Positions 23,719 through 28,143 of a stretch of DNA of 28,143 nucleotides are shown here, piece after piece (within the stretch, counting starts at the first letter, position 1; each line of letters starts with the position of its first letter). Made by a program: the position numbers and the translations under genes. The stretch is from a virus (lineage: Duplodnaviria; Caudoviricetes), in the IMG/VR virus record IMGVR_UViG_3300009602_000064, positions 1-28,143 of that record. One strand, 5' to 3'. A model generated the notes under the pieces. It ran no database searches and was not told where the DNA came from. It worked only from the letters and a program-made list of their open reading frames with translations.

Positions 23719-24165
23719 TCACTGTTCCCGGCGGACTCCAGACTTATCAATCCGCAACCGTTCCCGGCGGTTTGTTTCACGTGAAACATAGGAAACGTGG
23801 ACCCAACCGCTGGCGGGCTCGCCGCTGTAGAACTCCAAGATTAGCTGATCGAATTCCACGCTCTGCCCGATCCAGTGATAAAGATCGAGATTGTCTACGC
23901 CAGGGATCTCGATATCAGCAGCTTGACCCTTGGTGTGCTGACTGGTGTTTTTGCCGCCGATTGCTTTGTTGACTTCCGGGGCGCGGAAGGCGCTGCTGAC
24001 GATAACGGGGCGGTTCCAGTATTTGCGGATTGGCTCCAAGACGTACTCGCACAGATCAACCATAGCCTCAAGCTGATCGCCATCTGGATTGTTATCGAGA
24101 CCTTTCCGCAACGCGGTCTGGCTTTTAATCATCTCGTCGAGGGAGAAGTGGGGCGATAGTTTCAT
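23719..24165 (-). CDS. Endolysin, peptidase M15A family
   Basis: LSPHFSLDEM...SSAFR..EVNKAIGG...SQHTKGQAADI...WVHVSY. Confidence 0.9.
   Translation of the reverse strand: MKLSPHFSLDEMIKSQTALRKGLDNNPDGDQLEAMVDLCEYVLEPIRKYWNRPVIVSSAFRAPEVNKAIGGKNTSQHTKGQAADIEIPGVDNLDLYHWIGQSVEFDQLILEFYSGEPASGWVHVSYVSRETNRRERLRIDKSGVRREQ
23773..23788. promoter_or_regulatory. parS: parS site (canonical ParB-binding palindrome)
   Basis: Exact TGTTTCACGTGAAACA inside the endolysin gene. Confidence 0.75.
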
Positions 24166-24632
24166 TTCTTGATCGCCGCTCGCGCTTTACCCATCGCACG
24201 ATTGCCAAACCAGAACGACATGATGGCGGCAAATAATGCCTGGGTTTCTCCGTCCCAAGAAACTTCCAGGGCTGTCGTCCAATCGACGCCTTGCATAAAT
24301 ATCAGCGAGTAAACCATGCCTGCCTTGACGGCCAGGAACGCCAGCATGAACAAATAAGTGATGACGGGCCGGACGCTGGCTTGAAGGCCCACCACCCAGC
24401 CGCCCTTTGCAGCAAGTGCAGTGTCGTGGGCGTATAGCCCTTTGGTTTCGGCTATGTCGGCTTCGGCGTCTAATTCTTGGAGCTTGAGGGTGGATAGCTG
24501 GGCGGCGTACTGGGCCTTTGCCTCCAGCATCTTGAGTTCTTGTTTATTCGCTTGGCCTTGTTTGAAAAAGCCAAGAATCTCGGGAACGATACTCGTTCCA
24601 AATCCCAGCAGACTGCCAAGCAGGGTGAGGAT
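24162..24632 (-). CDS. Holin-like membrane protein, apparent ATC start
   Basis: Frame open from 24632: ILTLLGSLLGFGTSIVPEILGFFK...SVRPVITY...AIMSFWFGNR; first ATG only at 24530; adjacent to the endolysin. Confidence 0.7.
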   Translation of the reverse strand: MLTLLGSLLGFGTSIVPEILGFFKQGQANKQELKMLEAKAQYAAQLSTLKLQELDAEADIAETKGLYAHDTALAAKGGWVVGLQASVRPVITYLFMLAFLAVKAGMVYSLIFMQGVDWTTALEVSWDGETQALFAAIMSFWFGNRAMGKARAAIKK

Positions 24633-24863
24633 TTACTTGCCCTTTTTGCGCGACACCAAAGCATCTGCGCCGAAGAATCCCATAATCACGCCCGCAAGCG
24701 AGATATAGATCATCTCTGCCGCTGGCACTTGCGCGGCCCGTTCCGGCCAGACGAAGCTGGCTGCGATAGTCACCAGAATCGCAAGCATGGCGATGTATGC
24801 CAAGCGACGGCGGTTTTGTTGCCACGCCAGTTTATCGGGTACGCCAATGTCATCGGGCATCAC
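24633..24863 (-). CDS. Two-TM membrane protein (holin/antiholin-like)
   Basis: RRRLAY followed by two hydrophobic segments and a basic tail. Confidence 0.65.
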   Translation of the reverse strand: MMPDDIGVPDKLAWQQNRRRLAYIAMLAILVTIAASFVWPERAAQVPAAEMIYISLAGVIMGFFGADALVSRKKGK

Positions 24864-25063
24864 TTCAGCTTTCGCAGCGTCTTGGCCAGATTCGCCCGCC
24901 GCTTAGTGGTCGAACTGAATTTAGACCCAGGCTTTGTCACCAAGCTCGCGAACTGATTAGTCGTCAGATTCTTGCCCTTATGGGTTTGATTGTAACGGTC
25001 GCGCTGGCGTGTAAACGCTCCCGGCTTCTTGATCGCCCCCTTTATCCAGTTCTTGTTTGCCAT
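24860..25063 (-). CDS. Small basic phage protein
   Basis: NWIKGAIKKPGAF...KRRANLAKTLRKLK; coupled overlaps on both sides. Confidence 0.7.
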   Translation of the reverse strand: MANKNWIKGAIKKPGAFTRQRDRYNQTHKGKNLTTNQFASLVTKPGSKFSSTTKRRANLAKTLRKLK

Positions 25064-25371
25064 CAGAACGATCCTAGAGATGAGAACATGGAGCCGTTGC
25101 CGGTGACTCCGTTGGATTCTCCGAACGCTGCCGCGGCCTCGTTGATGTTGGTGTGGTCACCACCAGCACCGTCCCACAGCACCTCGTCCCATGCCGCAAC
25201 CCCCCACGTCGCACCAAGGGCGGCATTGAAATAGTTCATCAGGCGTTCGTTGATCGTGCCGGTGGTAAACCCGTTATCCGCCGCCATCGCCAACCAGTCG
25301 CCATTGACGTCTAGCGCGGTCCCGGTGGCCGTGCGGCACGTTGCTTGGCGCGCCTCTTGGTTGGTGGTCAC
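25063..25371 (-). CDS. Hypothetical protein, paralog of 25368-25619
   Basis: Shared QExRQ...DWLA...NER...TNIN...FSSxGxF pattern. Confidence 0.7.
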   Translation of the reverse strand: MTTNQEARQATCRTATGTALDVNGDWLAMAADNGFTTGTINERLMNYFNAALGATWGVAAWDEVLWDGAGGDHTNINEAAAAFGESNGVTGNGSMFSSLGSF

Positions 25372-25619
25372 GGTGTAAACGTCCCCATCGAACTAAAATT
25401 GTCTGCGCTCTGGTTTGCTGCCAGCGCTTGCTTTGCGTCGTTGATGTTGGTGTAGGACGTGGACAGCAGGGTGTTGATATAACTCAACATCCGTTCGTTG
25501 TACTCGCCTGCCGGGGCGGATCTTTCCGTGAACAGCGCCAGCCAGTCCTCATCGTGCGTCCCCGTGGTCGAGGTAACCGCCCGAATTGATATCTGCCGTA
25601 ACTCCTGAGTAGTGGCCAT
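25368..25619 (-). CDS. Hypothetical protein, paralog of 25063-25371
   Basis: Same shared pattern as 25063-25371; in the operon. Confidence 0.7.
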   Translation of the reverse strand: MATTQELRQISIRAVTSTTGTHDEDWLALFTERSAPAGEYNERMLSYINTLLSTSYTNINDAKQALAANQSADNFSSMGTFTP

Positions 25620-25623
25620 AGGA

Positions 25624-25824
25624 CTACGCCTTGCGGAGCTTCATCCCGAAGGTGCCGGGCTTGTCCGCGCCACGCTTGACGCTGCGGCCCTTCGAGCGGA
25701 ACCCTAGCTCGTTACCAGCGCGGATATCCAATCCTCCAGGCCAGTTCTCGGCTTTCTGGATGCCCTTGTAGGCCCCCATTTGTCCTTTGGTCATCGGACC
25801 GGGGAATCCCTTACGTGCCTTCAT
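25624..25824 (-). CDS. Small basic hypothetical protein
   Basis: 66 aa, AAGGAGG SD. Confidence 0.6.
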   Translation of the reverse strand: MKARKGFPGPMTKGQMGAYKGIQKAENWPGGLDIRAGNELGFRSKGRSVKRGADKPGTFGMKLRKA

Positions 25825-26500
25825 CGTCGTCCTCCTTTTCGGACAGAATGATGTTCATCGAAAAACTACGCCGTTCGCCAGCCGATTTAAACGGGTAGAC
25901 CGTATGATACATATCGGCGGGGAATATAAAAAAGTCACTGGGTTTCGGCCTGACCATAAAACTGGCACGATTCAGGAACGTGGGACTGCCGTGCATGAAC
26001 TCGACATGGCCGTATGCCGGATAATGATCTTGATCGTCTTCGTTCCATTCCTCTTCAATGCCGTCCGGCATCTTCAGGTAACCGATGCAGGATAATTCGG
26101 CGTTAGTGTGGAGATGGATCGGATTGAAGTCCCCCGGCCCCTGACGCACGTACCACGCGCTGTGGATGGTCACTTGCGGCCTGACATCGTCTGCTATCGG
26201 ACGGCAGTAGCGCGACGCATAGTTCGACACATATCGTAGCGCCGCGTTGGTGAAGAACTTTTTGTGCGGTTCCAGCACCTCAGTGGGAATCAGGCGTTCT
26301 TCATCGACCTTGCCGACCAAACGACTTGACCAATCTTGGCCATCCGTTCCGCCGTCGATATCGTCATTGAACGCCTTGACGACTTCGTCCGGCATGGTCG
26401 CATGACCTACCGCTGGCCCGAATGGACGCAGACATACGAGGTCATCGGAAGATTCGATGATCGGCGTCTCGTGGTAAACCAGATGCTCCAGATTAATCAC
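25811..26500 (-). CDS. Putative 2OG-Fe(II) oxygenase
   Basis: FNPIHLH...LSCIGYL...IFPADMYHTVYPF...RRSFSMN double-stranded beta-helix motifs. Confidence 0.8.
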   Translation of the reverse strand: MINLEHLVYHETPIIESSDDLVCLRPFGPAVGHATMPDEVVKAFNDDIDGGTDGQDWSSRLVGKVDEERLIPTEVLEPHKKFFTNAALRYVSNYASRYCRPIADDVRPQVTIHSAWYVRQGPGDFNPIHLHTNAELSCIGYLKMPDGIEEEWNEDDQDHYPAYGHVEFMHGSPTFLNRASFMVRPKPSDFFIFPADMYHTVYPFKSAGERRSFSMNIILSEKEDDDEGT

Positions 26501-26856
26501 TATTCGTCCCCATTAATGTCGCCAACATCGCGCAGCACTTGCATTGCTTCGTCGTACTTTTCTTTTCGAGTCTGATCATATGCAACTCGTGCGATTCCTA
26601 TCTTAACCGCTATCGCGTCCTGAAATCTGTAGATATTGCGCTCTAACACCCGGATTCTATCAACCTGCTGGATTTGAATTATCTGTAGTTTTTTAAGACT
26701 TGTCTGAAGATCTCGATCATGCGTCTCCATGTCCGATCTTAAATCTTTCAGGATATACTGAAGCAGCCGCCAAAGCAGAAACCCCATCGCAGCGGCGGTC
26801 GCGGCTGGAATCCCAACTGCCTCGACTAGCTTGGTGAGTTGGGTAACTGTCATCAC
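26500..26856 (-). CDS. Membrane-anchored coiled-coil protein
   Basis: N-terminal hydrophobic segment VGIPAATAAAMGFLLW followed by a coiled coil. Confidence 0.6.
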   Translation of the reverse strand: MMTVTQLTKLVEAVGIPAATAAAMGFLLWRLLQYILKDLRSDMETHDRDLQTSLKKLQIIQIQQVDRIRVLERNIYRFQDAIAVKIGIARVAYDQTRKEKYDEAMQVLRDVGDINGDE

Positions 26857-26859
26857 AGA

Positions 26860-27060
26860 TCATCGGAACATCAATGCCACTAGAAGTGCAATCGTGAATG
26901 TGGCGGAAGATATCAAGATTCTCTCCAGTCGGGCCAGCCGCGCATTCTGGGCCTTGCCCTCCATCGAACACGAGGCGGTATGCTTGGTTACGATCAACAG
27001 AAGATCGTCAATTCGCAGATGCGCCGACTTAGAATCGCGCCTGGAAGAATCATCGGTCAT
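26860..27060 (-). CDS. Small coiled-coil protein with C-terminal TM
   Basis: RLARLERILISSATFTIALLVALMFR. Confidence 0.6.
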   Translation of the reverse strand: MTDDSSRRDSKSAHLRIDDLLLIVTKHTASCSMEGKAQNARLARLERILISSATFTIALLVALMFR

Positions 27061-27352
27061 GCGTTTGAGGCGCTATCGGAACTGTCTGCGCTAACATCTC
27101 GCTGTCATTTCCAAAGGCCACGATGCAAGAAATCGCCCCTGGATTTGTCGATATCACCGTCCATTTATTTGTCGTTGGATGCACAAGCAGCATCACTAAG
27201 TTGGCCATGGATACCCCCCGCCACCGTAACTTCTCTCCCTGGCTATTCAGAGCCGTGATTAAATACTGGGACGGCATACATTGCATCGCGGCAGTTGCGG
27301 GATGCACCGCTAACAAGCAAAAGATGGCGGCAAAACAGCACCACTTTATCAA
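27050..27352 (-). CDS. Putative secreted protein (start uncertain, TTG)
   Basis: Signal-peptide-like IKWCCFAAIFCLLAVHPATAA; the longer called ORF overlaps the upstream gene. Confidence 0.5.
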   Translation of the reverse strand: MIKWCCFAAIFCLLAVHPATAAMQCMPSQYLITALNSQGEKLRWRGVSMANLVMLLVHPTTNKWTVISTNPGAISCIVAFGNDSEMLAQTVPIAPQTHDR

Positions 27353-27374
27353 GGTTTGCTTGGCCAATTGAGGG

Positions 27375-27626
27375 CTAGCTGGCCTGAGAAGCTTCGTAAG
27401 CCGCAACGACTTCTGCCGTCCATGCTGCGCCTGCAATCGCCTGAACGACGGCTGACTCGCCGGAAACATCGTCGCCCGGACTCAAGACGCGCCGATGCCA
27501 ATTTCCGCGACTTTCAATTTGATCATTCGCGTCGTCAACAATCTGATCGTCTTCGCGAATTTGAATGCAAGAGAACTCGCCGACGACCTCGATTTTGTCG
27601 GCCACTCTTCGTTTCACCAACGCCAT
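27375..27626 (-). CDS. Tail-fibre-associated small protein
   Basis: DKIEVVG...WHRRVLSP...VQAIAGAAWT; AAAGGG SD; follows the fibre gene. Confidence 0.65.
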   Translation of the reverse strand: MALVKRRVADKIEVVGEFSCIQIREDDQIVDDANDQIESRGNWHRRVLSPGDDVSGESAVVQAIAGAAWTAEVVAAYEASQAS

Positions 27627-27642
27627 AGATCTAACCCTTTCT

Positions 27643-28143
27643 CTAAACGTAGTATGTGCCGTTAATTGAAAATGATTTTCCTGCTCCGCCGTCGTTCAGG
27701 CTTGTCTGGGTTAAGTACCCCAGAGTGGCGCTGGTAGTTGCCGGAGCGACATAAAAAAGAACAGCAGCCGACCCAGCGGAAGCAAACGCTAAAATACCAA
27801 TGTCTCCATCAACACGGTCGCCGGTAGTCCACGTTATCGGACAATTGTGCGTTCCGTTCACCGTAAATGGCAATCCGCTTATAGCAACCTGACCAGTTCC
27901 AGATAAAGAATCGTCCATCGCGCAATACGTTGTGATTACTACTTGGTTTCCAATTTTTGTGTATTTTCCAGTCGGGGTTCCGGCAGTATTGTCGGTTCCA
28001 GACTCGCCTCCCAAGCGAATTACGGGAGTCCAAGAACCCTCTTCATAGTCGTCCAGTAAATTCGCCGCTGTGGCAGCGGTTACGCCCAGATAGACGCCCT
28101 TGCTTGCGGTTCCAAATAGGATATTTCCTGCTGAAATTTCAAC
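27643..28143 (-). CDS. Tail fibre protein, C-terminal part (start outside the window)
   Basis: Frame open to the edge: ANLLDDYEEGSWTP...GKYTKIGNQV...ISGLPFT. Confidence 0.8.
   Translation of the reverse strand, partial: VEISAGNILFGTASKGVYLGVTAATAANLLDDYEEGSWTPVIRLGGESGTDNTAGTPTGKYTKIGNQVVITTYCAMDDSLSGTGQVAISGLPFTVNGTHNCPITWTTGDRVDGDIGILAFASAGSAAVLFYVAPATTSATLGYLTQTSLNDGGAGKSFSINGTYYV

Noticed and set aside
1-28143. Integrase, att sites, tRNA, rRNA, IS elements, DNA/RNA polymerase
   Set aside because: None recognised by eye; a tRNAscan/Rfam run would be needed to exclude small RNAs.

Overview
This window is most of a tailed-phage genome, apparently a P22-like podovirus; an alphaproteobacterial host is inferred from gene content. 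No integrase or host flank is visible, and the genome looks circularly permuted. Left (1-12.7 kb, minus strand): terS, terL, portal, scaffold, major capsid, decoration, head-tail adaptor, tail nozzle and an ejection-type protein, with a bacterial YcgN gene inserted between terL and portal. Middle (13.1-23.6 kb): divergent early/replication region with an HTH initiator carrying iterons, a SprT-like protein, PD-(D/E)XK nuclease, RusA, MT-A70 methylase and a split Twinkle-like primase-helicase. Right (23.7-28.1 kb, minus strand): tail fibre, 2OG-Fe(II) oxygenase, holin-like genes and an M15 endolysin. The standout is 16916-18349: a solitary Cas7/RAMP-like gene, a coupled 157-aa partner gene, then a non-coding array of 58 NN-GGY pentamers punctuated into five 53-69 nt units. 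Read as the first two bases of consecutive codons, the variable dinucleotides of two units spell conserved phage motifs (terminase VFIGTPK, TOPRIM-primase EGEKAADAA). This suggests an RNA-guided, wobble-skipping system against competing phages (VIPR-like). A perfect bacterial parS site also sits inside the endolysin gene.
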